64,000 bases of DNA. It comes from Ginglymostoma cirratum. Its lineage: Eukaryota. Position 1 is the first letter of the stretch. Each line of letters begins with the position of its first letter. This document shows positions 50,451 through 63,274 of this stretch, in pieces. The stretch lies in NCBI GenBank assembly GCA_024137785.1, contig JAHRHZ010000099.1:12485466-12549465 (forward strand), given 5' to 3'. The notes under the pieces were generated by a model. That model did not search any database, was not told the origin of the DNA, and was given only the letters and a program-made list of their open reading frames with translations. The position numbers and the translations under genes were made by a program.

Positions 50451-51845
50451 TTGCTGACAAAAAAAAGCAATGATTGTATCAAATAGTAGACCAGGCTTGA
50501 AGGGCCAAATTATTCACCTTCTATGTCTCTATGTTTGCATCCTGATTATTTTAAGAGGGAAGTGAGGCCTAATTTCCATTTGAAAAGGAAGACAACAATA
50601 GGCTGGACTAATAGGCCAGTCACACACTGTTTATTAATCTGCATTTGTTACAATAGACTATGTTAGGTTAATGCTGTGATGATACAAATGCCCAGTCTTT
50701 GAACTCGCAAAACCTGTTAAAAATAATTCATGTCATTCACTGAGCGTAAATATCAAACATATGTAATATTGCCTTAGTATAGATGACAAGGTATTATTCA
50801 AGATGATTTAAAACATGCATAATATTCACTGTCCCCTTACTTACATGCCATAAATTTAAAAGAAAAAGTAGGGAAAGACTTTTCCCTGCATCCAGAGACT
50901 TTCTAACCTTGAATTTAAATGGCATGCCTGAGACTTCACTCTGTTTCGCTCACCACACGTGCTGCCAGACCTGCTGAGCGTTTTCCACATTTTGTTTATA
51001 GTGGAAAACTGTTGGGAAGGTGAACCACATCTTCTGAATGTTTAATACTCTGGCTACACTTTAATAACTATGTAATCATTTGATAAAGTACCTCATGGCA
51101 GGCTGGTACAGAATGTAGAATGTGTGTTCTGCACGGTCCTGGGAAATCATTTTTTGCATCTTATTCAAAATATTTGTCCAAAGTTTTAGATCTCAGAATG
51201 TCAAAACCATCAGAATTCATTGTTATTACTCTCCTGAGACTAATGGCAACTTCTGAAGTCCATATATGGACAGTTAAAAAGTGGAATTCTGAAGTTGCTC
51301 TCAATCCTGTTTGGAATATTTTGTTGACCTACCCCTCGAAATCAATTTGAAATAACCGAATTGACAGAACTTGTCCTTTTAAACTGTTAGTTTTGTTTTA
51401 ATTAGTTATGCCTAATTAAATGAAGTGTAATTATGTTTGTAGTCATGTATTAAGTTTATCATTACTCCTGTAAAAGTGTTTCTGACTCTATAATAAAGAC
51501 TATCTTTGTTGAATGGCATACTAGTCCATCATAAAATCATTTCATATATATTAATAAATATTTTCAGTAATTTTATTGCATTTATGATTCAACCTAACTC
51601 CATGTCCATGCCCAGTCACTTACTTCACTCTGTAGAACATAATCAAAAGTGACGGAGGGTTAGTGTGTTTTACTATCTGTGGGAATACTTCAATGTGATT
51701 TGCTACTTACCTTAATCTGCTTGTATACTTACAATACTAAACCCAATTCATATTGCCATTATGGAGACAAAATGGCAACTCATTGAACAGGAGGATGTAT
51801 TTTCCAGCTGCTGCATTTGGAAATATTTATCATTAGCTACATTTA

Positions 51846-52193
51846 CAATAGAATGCCTACAGTACGGAAAAGGCCATTCAGACAATTGAGTCTGCATCGA
51901 GTGCCCAAAGAACATCCCACCCAGGCCCAGCTTCCACCCTATCCCCATAACTCCACGGTTACCATGGCTAATCCAACTAACCCGCACACAATGGGACAAT
52001 TTAGCATGGCCAATCCACCTAACTTGTACATCTTTTTTTCTGTGGGACGAAACCAAAGCACCTAATGGAAATTCGCATTGACACAGGGAGAATGTGCAAA
52101 TTCTACACAGATGGTCACCCAAGGCTGGAATCAAATCCAGGTTCCTGGCACTGTGAAGGCAACAGTGATAACCACTGAACCACTGTGCTGTCC
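51846..52193 (-). mobile_element. HE1-like V-SINE
   Basis: Reverse complement is colinear with 503-826. Confidence 0.88.
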
Positions 52194-52199
52194 AAGCAA

Positions 52200-54052
52200 A
52201 GAGGGGATATAAGAGAGCTCTGACTGGTAAAATTAGGGAAAATCCCAAGATATTCCATGTATATCAATGGGAAGAGGATAACAAGGGAAAGAGTAGGGCC
52301 CGTCAGGGACTAAGGGGCTAATCAGTGGGTGGAGCCGGGGGACATTGGTACAGTGTTGAACCAATGCTCTACATCGGTCTTCACTCAAGAGACTGAGGAT
52401 GAAAACATGGAGCCCAGGGGGAGAGACTGTGCGGTTCTTGAGCAAATTGGCATAGAGAAGGACGTGTTTATTGCAGGTATTAGTGGGATTAAAGGTACAC
52501 AAATCTCCAGGTCCAGATGGATAGTGTCCCAGGCTGCTGTGAGAGGCAAGGAAGGGGCACTGACCCAAATTTTTGATTCCTCTCTGGCCACAGGAGAAGT
52601 GCCAGGGGACTGGAGAACAGTTAATGTGGCTCCAGTATTTAAAAAGGATTGTAGAGATAAGCCAGAGAACTGCAGACCAATGAGTATCACGTCAGTGGTA
52701 GGCAAACTATTAGAGAAAATACTGAAGAGAATCCATCTCCACTTGGAGAGGGAAGGCTCAATCAGGGATAGTCAGCATGGCTTCATCAGAGGGAGGTAAT
52801 AACTTACAAATTTGATTGGATTATTTGAGAAGGTGATGAGGCATGTAGATGAGGGTTTTGCAGTTAAAGTAGCTTATATGGATTTTGGCAAAGCCTTTGA
52901 CAAGGTCCCCCACAGGAGATGTATCAAGACAATGAATGCAGATGGATACAGGGTAATTTGATAAAGTGGTTTGAAACTTAGTTCAGTTGTAGAAGACAGA
53001 GGGTAATGACAGAAGGCTGCTTCAGTGACTGGATGTCAATGTCTACTGGTGAACCACAGGGCTGTGTGCTAAGTCCCATATTATTCATCATTTATTCAAA
53101 TGACATAGATATGTTGGATTAGTAAGTTTGCAGATAACGTAAAAATTGGTTGGGTGGTCAACAGTGAGTTTGAGCGTCTTGGGCTACAGAAGATATAATC
53201 GGGATGGTTAAATGAGCAGATAAGCGGCAGAAGGAATTTAAACCTGTAACGTGTGAGATGATGCAATTTTGAAGGAGTAATTTGACAAGAAAGTATTCAA
53301 TGAATGGCATGACACTAGCGAGTTCTATGGAACAAAAGGGCCTTGGCTTTTTGTCCATAGATCTCTGAAGGTAGAAGGGCATTTTAATAGGGTGATGAAA
53401 AAGGCATATGGCACACTTGCCTTTATCAATCAAGACATAAATTACAAAAGCAGGGAAATCATCATGGAATTGTATAGAACTTTGCTGAGACCACTGCTAA
53501 AGTGCTGTGTGCAGTTCAGGTCACCACATTACAGGAAGGATGCAATTACACTGGAGGGAGTGTACAGGAGATTCATTACAATGCTGTCTAGGTTGGGAAT
53601 TTTAAGTTATAAGGAAAGGTTGGATACGCTTGTGTTGTTTTCATTGGAGCAGACAAGGCTAAGGTGATCTAATTTAGGTCTACAAGGTTATGAGGGGCAC
53701 GGACAGAGTGGATAAGGAGCAGCTGTTCTCCTTAGTTGAAGGGTGAGTCTCAAGGGGACATGGGCTGTTGGTCAGAGGCAGGAGGTTTGGGCGGGAATGT
53801 GAGAAAATACCTTTCTATCCAGAGGGTAGTGACAGTCTGGGAACGGACTGACTGAAAGGGTGATAAAGGCGAGTTGCCGCACATCCTTTATAAAGTACCT
53901 GGATAAGCACTTGGCTCATCATAACATTCAAGGGCACAGACCAAGTGCTAGCAGTTGGGATTAGGTTGAAGGTCAGGCGCTTCTCACCTATCATTGCAGA
54001 CTCAAGGGGCTGAAGGACCTCTTCAGCACTACGTTTTGACGATTCTATGATT
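52200..54052 (+). mobile_element. CR1/HER1-like LINE RT pseudogene
   Basis: TGEVPGDWRTVNVAPVFKK..RDKPENCRPMSITSVVGKLLE, SQHGF, KAFDKVP, FAD, LYRTLLRPLL; many stops. Confidence 0.95.
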
Positions 54053-54167
54053 TATAATGAACAGATTCTAATTGCTCACTCAGTAACCCTGGTTCTTCTT
54101 TACGAATGCCTATCTTCATGAGAAGAAGACAAAACAAATTCAAGCACACTTCTTAATTTGAGCTAAA

Positions 54168-54503
54168 ATAAAACAAAGAACTGCAGACGCTGGAAATCTG
54201 AAACAAAAAACAGACATTGCTGGACGAATCCAACAGTTCTGGCAGCATATTTGGAGAGAAACAAGTAACATTCTGAGTCAAGTGACCCTACTTCAGAACT
54301 GATAGTAGCTAGGAAAGGGTGGTATATATGCTGATGACAGAGTGACCTCCAGCCCCTGTCTTCAGCATATTTATCACTTTTCAGTTCTACTAGTTCTGAA
54401 GGAAGGTCACTGAACTGGAAATGTTAACTCTGTTTTTCTCTCTACAAGTGCTGTTAGTCCTGCTGGGATCCTCCAGCAGGTTTGTGTCCTTTTTTTCTGA
54501 CTT
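54168..54503. repeat. ~335-bp fold-back palindrome of PLE family C termini
   Basis: GTGACCCTACTTCAGAACT...TATATGCTGA.GACAG pairs with CTGTCTTCAGCATAT...AGTTCTGAAGGAAGGTCAC; centre near 54348. Confidence 0.8.
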
Positions 54504-55090
54504 GGACTGTGGCTGTGGAAATAAATGGTCCTGGAGCACAAACATATAACCAGCAAAACAAATTGGCTGGTCATTCACTCCATTGTTTTTTCTGGGAAAG
54601 CATTGCACACAAGTCACATGCCACTTTTAAAATGTCAGCAATCATAACTACACTTCAAAAGTGCTTTGTTGTCTTTGAAGGACCTTGGGTTAATCAAAGG
54701 TTGCAAAATATATAAAGCCAAATCATTTTCTTTCACAAAGCACCTCTAGTTCAGAAAAGCAAGTGTGAAGAACAGAACTAGAACCAACCTTTACACATGT
54801 TTATAAACAGAGATTTATGGAGTTACACATGAGAAACATGTTTCTCCTCACCTACAAACACTGTTTCATTTTATTTCTTTCTAAAGGGGCCCAAGTGAGT
54901 CCTCAGTTAATGCGCAGCACCTGCATACAATTAAATACCATTGAAGTAAGGTTTGAATTTGAAGTCCCCATGATCATGATACATTACATACAAGACACTG
55001 TATCAATTTCATATTGCTTGAAAAGAAAAGTGTGTATTTGCTAAGGGACATAATTAAGAATGCATGCAGGAAGAAATCATGACATACAGT

Positions 55091-55284
55091 TGAAATAAGG
55101 CTGGTATCCCGTCACCAAGTTACCCTTTATTTATGTGTACATAGCACTTGACACTGCTCTGGCTTCCTCAGAACCAGCTCTCAGAGTGAACAGAATCTCT
55201 ATCACTCCTGTTTATATCTGTCAGCCAGGGCTCCCTGACTGGATCAGAGTAACAGCCCCAATCAAGGAACTCATATCCTGTGGA
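55091..55284 (-). mobile_element. Partial solo LTR, same family as 7829-8056
   Basis: Reverse complement matches ATATGAGTTCC.TGATTGGG...GATTCTGTTCACTCT..GAGCTGG...AAATAAAGG. Confidence 0.8.
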
Positions 55285-55466
55285 GAGAATTCAGAGTGAA
55301 TGGTTTGGGTCCAGTGACCCTTCCTCAGGTTTTCTGAAGAAGGGTCACTGGAACCAAAATGTTAACTCTGATTTCATTCCACCGATGCAGACAGACCTGC
55401 TGAGATTTTCCAGCAATTTCTATTTTTGTTCCTGATTTCTAGCATCTGTAGTTCTTTCAGTTTTTC
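55283..55466. repeat. Fold-back of PLE family C termini with back-to-back hammerhead motifs
   Basis: TCCAGTGACCCTTCCTCAG-GTTTT-CTGAAGAAGGGTCACTGGA inverted repeat centred near 55330. Confidence 0.82.
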
Positions 55467-55788
55467 ATTTAGTAATTTTTCAATTTACTTATCACTGGCT
55501 TTTGATTTCAGAAATTGAGATAAACAGGCCAAGCAGAACTTTCAATATCTTTGCTGTTAGCAGTCCATAATGCTGTCTCTCTGCTTTGTTTCTGAAATCA
55601 AATTACTGAAAAATGATTCATTTGTATATTTCAAGTCTGGCTCCATTGATCTTTTTGAAGTGAATACTTCACAGATAACCTTTCGTCTCCAACATGTGAA
55701 GTTGAGATGAAAGTGTGATAAAACAGGAGATGCACTTTTCTTGATGCCTCACTCAATTTCAGTGTCTCCTTATTAAAATGGTAATATT

Positions 55789-56430
55789 ACACCTCCCAGT
55801 TGTGAGCCATTTCAACTCCCCCTCCCACTCCTTGGACAACATGTCCATCCTGGGCCTCCTCCAGTGCCACAACAATGCCACCCAAAGATTGCAGGAACAG
55901 CACCTCATATTTCACTTGGGAACCCTGCAGCCCAATGGTCTCAATGTGGACTTCACAAACTTCAAAATCTCCCCAACCCTGACCTCATCCCAAAACCAGC
56001 CCAGCTCGTCCCCACCGCCTTGACCTGTCCGTCTTTTCTCCCACGTATCCGCTCCTCTCACCTCACTGACCAACCTCCACCCCCACCTCCTACCTACCAG
56101 CCTCATCCCCGCCTCCTTGATCTGTCTGCCTTCCCTCGACTGACCAACCCCAATCTTAACTTCGCACCTACACTCACCTTTACTGGCTCCATCCCCGCCT
56201 CCTTGACCTGTCCGTCTCCTCTCCACCTATCTGCTCCCTTACCCACCTTCCATCCACCTCCCCCTCCTCTATTTATTTCAGAGTCCCCTTCACTTCCCCC
56301 ATTTCTGAAGAAGGATCCAGACCCGAAACGTCAGCTTTCCTGCTCCTCTGTTGCTGCCTGACCTGCTGTGTTCATCCAGCTCCACACCTTGTTATCTCAG
56401 ATTCTCCAGCATCGGCAGTTCCTACTAGTT
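55789..56430 (+). mobile_element. PLE family A 3' fragment (GIY-YIG C-terminus plus terminus)
   Basis: LPVVSHFNSPSHSLDNMSILGLLQC...LQEQHLIFHLGTLQPNGLNVDFTNF; homologous to 13984-14530. Confidence 0.92.
56302..56335 (+). ncRNA. Minimal hammerhead ribozyme motif with one stem II mismatch
   Basis: UUU-CUGAAGA-A-GGAUC(CA)GACCC-GAAAC-GUC-AGC. Confidence 0.68.
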
Positions 56431-58184
56431 CCCACAATTCTGTGTCAGTTAGTTCCACATTCCGTGTGCATTTCCTTGGCTTATCAGTTGATTACAATAA
56501 AAATTTTATGCCATTAGTGTCCTTTTTTGAAATCATTCTTAGTCCATAAAGTTCGCAGGTACTAAAAAAGTAAAATGATGAAAGTTGAGTATTGACATTC
56601 CTTTTTCAATATGTTCACAACAGAGATAGTAAGGAATTATGCTGTATGTTGTACATAACTATGGAAAGATTTTTTTGGTTTCACACTGTGTCATTAATCA
56701 ATGAAAAGAAATGAATCAAAAACAATGGCGATGCACATAACATTGCAAAGGCGTAATCAACTTTTTGAAGTAAACCATCCTATGTGACTTACTTGTATTG
56801 CAGACGGTAAGTACAAATACAGCCAATATACTTGGTTTGTGAGAATGTATAAATGCTGTACTTCCATCATTGCAAATGGGACAGGATGATGTTGATTATC
56901 AATTCCAAAAGGAAATTATGTTAAATAATTGATCAAAAAATTCTGATAGCAATAGAGTGTGTCATACTAATTTCAGTCAATATCTGGCATACATTTATTC
57001 TGAGTACTGAGTATTCTGGATCACGATTATGGACGCACTAGGAATTCCAGGGAATGACATTATGGCTCTCCCTACAGCACATAAACTGCATCAGTTAAAC
57101 AAGGCAGATCATCACTATCTTCTCCACAGCAAGTAGGAACAGGCAAGAAATGTTCACCCAGCAAGTGACGGCCATGTGCCACAGATGAATTAAAAATACT
57201 GAGACAAATGAGTTTCCAAAGTAATGACTTCTTGGCACTGAAACCTACAGAAGGTGGTTAATAATTCCCAGAGAAATGAAAGTTAATTTTTGACAGTCAG
57301 TTCTGACTCTGTATCTCCCAAATCTAAAGGACCAGACATTGAAATAATAGGCATAGAAACCAGAAACAGAATCCAGTCAGTAAATGCTGGCCCTCATGAT
57401 GGAAACCACATGAATATGGATTGCAGACTAACCATAATGTTGTTAATGAATAATATTGTGAAGCCTTCACTGCATGTGACCAAAATGAAATGGATCCTTA
57501 AACCTGGATTATTCATAGAAATTAAATTATCTTTAACCTGTGCAGCACCTGTATTACCTTCTAATGTTTCTATGCTGATGAACATTGTTGATTTTCATTG
57601 CAATCATTTGGCTTCTATTGCATTATTTGGATTACATTGCAATATTGAAGTCCTTCAACATCTTATGTTTTAGCTTCAGCAGGCAGCTGTACTGGATTTC
57701 TGTTCATTTAGTTAAAAACGTAGGGATTAAAAGGATGCCACAGACAGATGGTTATTTGGCCCACAACCTCCGTCTGTCAATAGCGTAATTCCTCTTTAAT
57801 GCAAGGCACCATTCTGCTGCATTATTTGGAGGATCAAAGTATCTTATAGGGTTTCCATATTGAGACAAACACACTTTCCTTTGCCTGCTGATCCCATTCA
57901 CTCTACTGTTTCTATTTGCAATATTTGTCAAAATGAAACAAAGATGTCACGCAGGTGGTCAGATCACACAATTAGCAATCTTCAGTGGCAACACAATAGA
58001 ACAGATCGCAAGTCAACCTGACCTCCATTGCCAAGGTTTATGAGTGAGACAGTAGGTAGCGTAGTAACAGTAGTGATGCAACAAGGTAAAAGCAAAATGA
58101 AAGAAATGTATTTAAGGAAATACTTTTGAAATCAAGCCAATGCAATGATGTAGAGGGAAGGAAGCAAAAAGAACAATCACTATG

Positions 58185-59550
58185 CTTAAAGTGAAAACAT
58201 CAGAAAAATGAGGGGAATTATACACAGAACAAAATACCAAAATGAAAAAGAATAATTGGACAAACAGTATGCGAGGCCTTGTTGAATATTCAAGTGTAAA
58301 TGTATTAATAGAATAAAGACAGCACTCACAATATGGAGGGCTCATTGGGCTTTGCAACTGTAGTTTACTTTTAAGAGGGCGCTCGAAAATACACGAAGCA
58401 CTGGAGACAAGGCCTGAAGAATTTTCCTAGGAGAGAAACTTCCATTATGCAATGCAAGTTTTTCTTGCAGTCTTTCTAATAATTTCCTTTCAATCTGGTG
58501 GTACTTTTTACATAAGCCAGTCAGTGAGGTCGATTACATTGTGCAACCAGCTGGGTAACATACATGAATCCTCAACAATATGATTCCATTAACAAGTTGA
58601 ATATAAAGTAAGTAAGCCACAGCTTGGAAAGATGCTGCCTTGCCAAGAGAATAAATCTAACTACCAGTTTAATAGGCATTGGCTACAGGGCTGGTAATGT
58701 GAGAATACTTTTGCAGTCAAACAAGAATTGACTGAAACCTATTAAGCAATACAAGTGCACTTCTATAGCAAAGAGAAAGTGTAAGTAGTTTACAAATTTT
58801 CAAATTGCTCTAACATTTAACAGATAATTCTACCAAATAATATTTGTCATCAGAGTTTGGCCCTGGCTTTTTTTGTCATTGCATAATGGGAAATGAACAC
58901 TTTAGTGGTGTAAGGAATAATGAAGTGATGCTTCAAATTGTTTTGGGCTAAGTGCACGTAATTATACTAAAACTCACAGTCAAAGTGCCAAGATTTAGAG
59001 TTTTACTTCAACTTATGACAATTATGAGTCTTACTTCATATGCAAATAGACTATAAGGTATAACTATGCAACATCAGGTGGCAAAATAGGATGGGTTTCT
59101 TTAACCAGATTCTAGGATTCCAGTTTGAATTGTTTGCTATGCAGTTTCAGTGTAGAAGGACTGGCTATTATTTTACAAGGGATCCTCCTGCTGGGACTGT
59201 ATGCTATGTGCATAAAACATACATTTTGTCATAGTTTTTCTTTGCCTTTCCCTTCACTTAAAGTGAAAACATCAGGAGATTGAGGAGAATTATACATTGA
59301 ATAATTTAGAAAAATGAACAAAATAATTGGACAGACATTACACAAGACCTTGTTGTGTCTTCAAGTCCAAATGCATTAATAGAATAAAAACAGCACTCAC
59401 AATATGGAAAGCTCATTGATCTTTACAGCTGTAGTTTATCTTTAATAGGGTCCTAGAAAATACTTTGGAAATAAGGTTGAAAGAATTTCCTTGTAAGAGA
59501 AACTTCCATAATGCAATGCACGTTTTTCTTGCAGTCATTCTAATAATTTC
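58185..59550. repeat. ~300-bp diverged direct repeat (58185-58486 and 59257-59550)
   Basis: Shared blocks CTTAAAGTGAAAACATCAG, ATTAATAGAATAAA, ACAGCACTCACAATATGGA, GAGAAACTTCCAT, TTTTTCTTGCAGTC. Confidence 0.92.
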
Positions 59551-60692
59551 AACTTCTTTTTATTATAACCCGGGCATACGATCAACATCCTGCTGTCTTA
59601 ACATCTTTGACTAGCCTCCTTCCATCTCACAGTTCTATTGTTATTCTGCCTAGCCTCCCACATCTCCTTACTATGTTTTGCTTCTGGCTTTTCTACGTGC
59701 CCAGATATCAGTTTTGCCTCTATTTCTTTTTTTCCTTATAGGAGCTGAATGATTATTCAAATTGAGCGCTGCAGGTTGAAATAATATTTGTATGTTTTTA
59801 AATTCCTGGAAAGAAGGGTCCTCATGTCCCTCATAGGGTCCTAAAGAACTGGACCCAGTCCATGCAGCTTCATCTGGTGTGGATAGGGACTGGCCACCAG
59901 AGTGAAGGTCAATTTGAGGGAAAACATTTTAATTCATTGTGGAAACCAGCTCCACAGCCCACCTGACATGCACTGCTAACTGCCATTGGTCTCCCAATGT
60001 GCTTAGAGTTTACACAAATCATTTATGAAGTGTTAAATTTTCTCAATTATTTCTGACCCTTGAACTTGGATCAATTCCTTACACTGAGATTCTTCCTTCA
60101 CTCTGTAGAACAACATGTTTTTAATATAATGGAATACTTGTCAATTGAATCTTCTTCCAGGTGATGACTTCCTGCTCTATAGCCTACAGACTTTAACCTG
60201 ACTAAGACTGAATATACACTTCAGTATTAAACAACAGTACTTTTTCTCCATCAGTTGATGTCTGCAAAATTGTACATCTGTAATTTTCTAAAGTGCAGTA
60301 AGGAAACTCTGGGGAGATTAAACAGTTTCACAACTCTATCAAAAGGCATCCGCTGCGGTTCATGGGAAAACCAGATTTTCACAGACAAAATTAACAGTTC
60401 CATGGAGATGTTCACCAGCATTTATCTTTCAATCAACATCATAGAAACAGGTTAAAATAAGTTTGAAGGAAGAGTGTTTTGAACTCGAAACATTAACTTG
60501 GCTTCTCTCCAAACAGATGGTACAAGAGCTTTTGAGTTTCTCCAACATTGTTTTTGTTTATTTTTACAAAACATTATCACATTGCTACTTGTTGGAGTTT
60601 GCTGTGCACAGATTAGCACTGCATTTCCTCCATGATAACAGAATGATTCAAAAATAATTAATTGGCTGTACAGCACTTTGAGACATTTGTAC

Positions 60693-60880
60693 TAAAACAA
60701 GGAAGCACAAATGCTAGAAATATGAAACAAAGACAGAAATTGCAGCAGAAATTCAGCATGTCTGGCAGCATCTGTGGAGAGAAAGACAGAGTTGATGTTT
60801 TGTTAATTTAGAAGGTATCTCTGCTTTCTCTCCACAGATGCTGCCAAACCTGCTGAGTTTCTCTAGCATTTATTGTATTT
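60693..60880. repeat. Fold-back of PLE family C termini
   Basis: TGGCAGCATCTGTGGAGAGAAAG pairs perfectly with CTTTCTCTCCACAGATGCTGCCA. Confidence 0.8.
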
Positions 60881-62254
60881 TGAGACACAATTTGATATGA
60901 AAAGGCAACTTAAATGCAAGTCTTTTTTTCCTTCTTTCTGAATGTCTTGTCCTAAACTGCTACCTACCTGAGATTCACTTTGACCTGAGTATAAGCAAGT
61001 TGTCACAAAACTAGTTTGTATCAAGTTCTAAAACTTACCCATTTCTGATCAAACGTAGGTACAGCAAAGACTTTGGATGGTGATTTACTGGTCTGCCCTT
61101 CATTCCAGACCAATGTCATACTCAATAAATACCTAGAAGAGTGTTTGACATAATAGTTCAGATGCTGTCCAAATTCAAACTCAGATTAACTGAGATGAAA
61201 GTCTTTTCTCTTTGCTGGTCGTAAGAATTCGACATGAATATTCATGAGGGAATACAGGAGACACTATTTTAGTCAGAAAACAGTTACACTGTGGAATATA
61301 CTGTCAGATAGAACTGCTGAAATGATTCCTTGATCATGTTTCCCCTCTCTATCTTGGGGTACTGATTACATTTATAACAACATTGTCACCACCCAGCAGT
61401 GAAATCAGCAGATTGGAGATTAACAGTGAGATCTTTCTGGCTTTTAGCACTCAAGGACAAATCATTTTTCCTGATTATGTCATTAAAATCTTAATAGTTC
61501 TTGTTGGCGGAGTGTGAGGATGAAAGCTCCCTCTTGTTCTAAAGGGTGAATAGCTTCTCTGAAGACGTCAAATTGAGGAATGTGGCACATTTTACAAGCA
61601 TGTGGGCCTTCAACATCTTAACTAAGAGAATTGTATAAATTATTGAAATAACTCCTGAACTTTCTGGCACATTATTTACTTTAAATATCTGCTATTCAGC
61701 AAATGCTGGACCAGGTCCAAGCCTGACTGTTGTTTTTAATATTCTTATTCAGTTAAGGCAAATGACATTACACTGGCCACTCTGTATGTGTACAGCAAGT
61801 TATGTTGAGGCAGTGAAAAGTGTTTAATCTAAGGTGTGTTTTTTGCCTTATATATGTTTCTTTCTGTATGAGTTTCAATGTTATTTGATTTACTATTGCT
61901 CTCAAAAACATTCAAAACAGCTTTTATTTAATCGGATGTCCATTAATCCTTATTGTAAAATATAAAATATTAATACAATATCAATATAAATATAGAAATA
62001 CTAAAATATAGATATAAATGCATGTGGTTGCATCCATCAATCGTCAAGTATAATCTTTACCTGAAACGCTATAATCAATATCTTTAGGACATCATGTATA
62101 TCAATTGAAAATGAAGATGGTCTGATGAAAAGGGCTTCAGCAGATCCATTATGATAAGCATTTTCTGCTCATTTGTTATTCCTGTCTAAAGTATCAGCTA
62201 ACATTTAATCAGCAAATGCCTTTTTCCTGGGGTGTTTAAACACCTTCCCAGGTA

Positions 62255-62980
62255 TCGAGACAAATGGGAAACTGCAAACGAAAGTACACCGAAAAGCCAC
62301 ACACACAGACTGGGTACTGAACTTCAACAGACTCATCACACTACCCTACATCAGGAACATATCAGAACTCACCACCAAGACTCCTACGACTGCTGGGCAC
62401 CAGAGTGGCACACAAGCCCATGTCAACCCTACGACAACTGCTCATCCGAACTAAAGACCCACTCCTCACCATGGACAGGACCAATGTCATCTACAAGGTC
62501 CCCTGCAGAGACTACGAGAAACACTACATCAGACAAACAGGAAGGAAACTAACAACAAGGGTATACGAACACCAACTGGCTACAAAAAGACACGACCAAT
62601 ACTCACTCATCTCAATCCACATGGACAAGGAGAACCACCACTTCGACTGGGACAACACCAAGATCCTGGGACAGGCTAGGCAGAGACAAGCATGAGAATT
62701 CCTGGAAGCATGGCACTCCAAGAAGCATGCTATTAATAAACACATTGAACTCGACCCCATATACATTCCACTACGGAGGAAAGCCGGAAGTGAGGCAATC
62801 CATCTCAATGTACCCCAGAGTTTAAAAACCAGGCGGGAAAACACACCGACACTTCATCAGAGGCTGCACTGAGGATGTTACCAAGCACGGTAACAAAACG
62901 TCTGCGGAACAAGAAGCCAGCTCGGCAAGCCAACCAACATCAACACCCACAACCCGAGCTATAGATCTACTCCAAAACCT
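62255..62980 (+). mobile_element. PLE family B 3' fragment, second close copy
   Basis: Highly similar to 49030-49610; TLPYIRNISELTTRLL, NVIYKVPCRD..KHYI.QTGRKLTTRVYEH; hammerhead motif at 62865-62906 with GAAA changed to AAAA. Confidence 0.93.
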
Positions 62981-63152
62981 TACAGGAACTTTCTCAGGTA
63001 CCTGCATCAAAATCCAATTGGAATGGAGGATGAAATGTACAAATCTAGGAACAGAAGTTTTGGAAGACAGCATGGGTTCCCATTTGAAATGGCAAAGGAT
63101 TCATCCATAAACTTGTAATACAAGAAAGGTATTAAACAATTGCTATTTTATT

Positions 63153-63245
63153 AAAGGCAAAATACTGCGGATGTTGGAAATCTGAAGTAAACGCAGGGAA
63201 TGCTGGAGAAACTCAGGAGGCTAGGCAGCTTCTGTGGAAAAAGCT
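63153..63245 (-). mobile_element. PLE family C terminal fragment
   Basis: Homologous to the left arms at 54168 and 60693. Confidence 0.6.
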
Positions 63246-63274
63246 ACAATCATTTTGAATATTGTCTATGTTTT

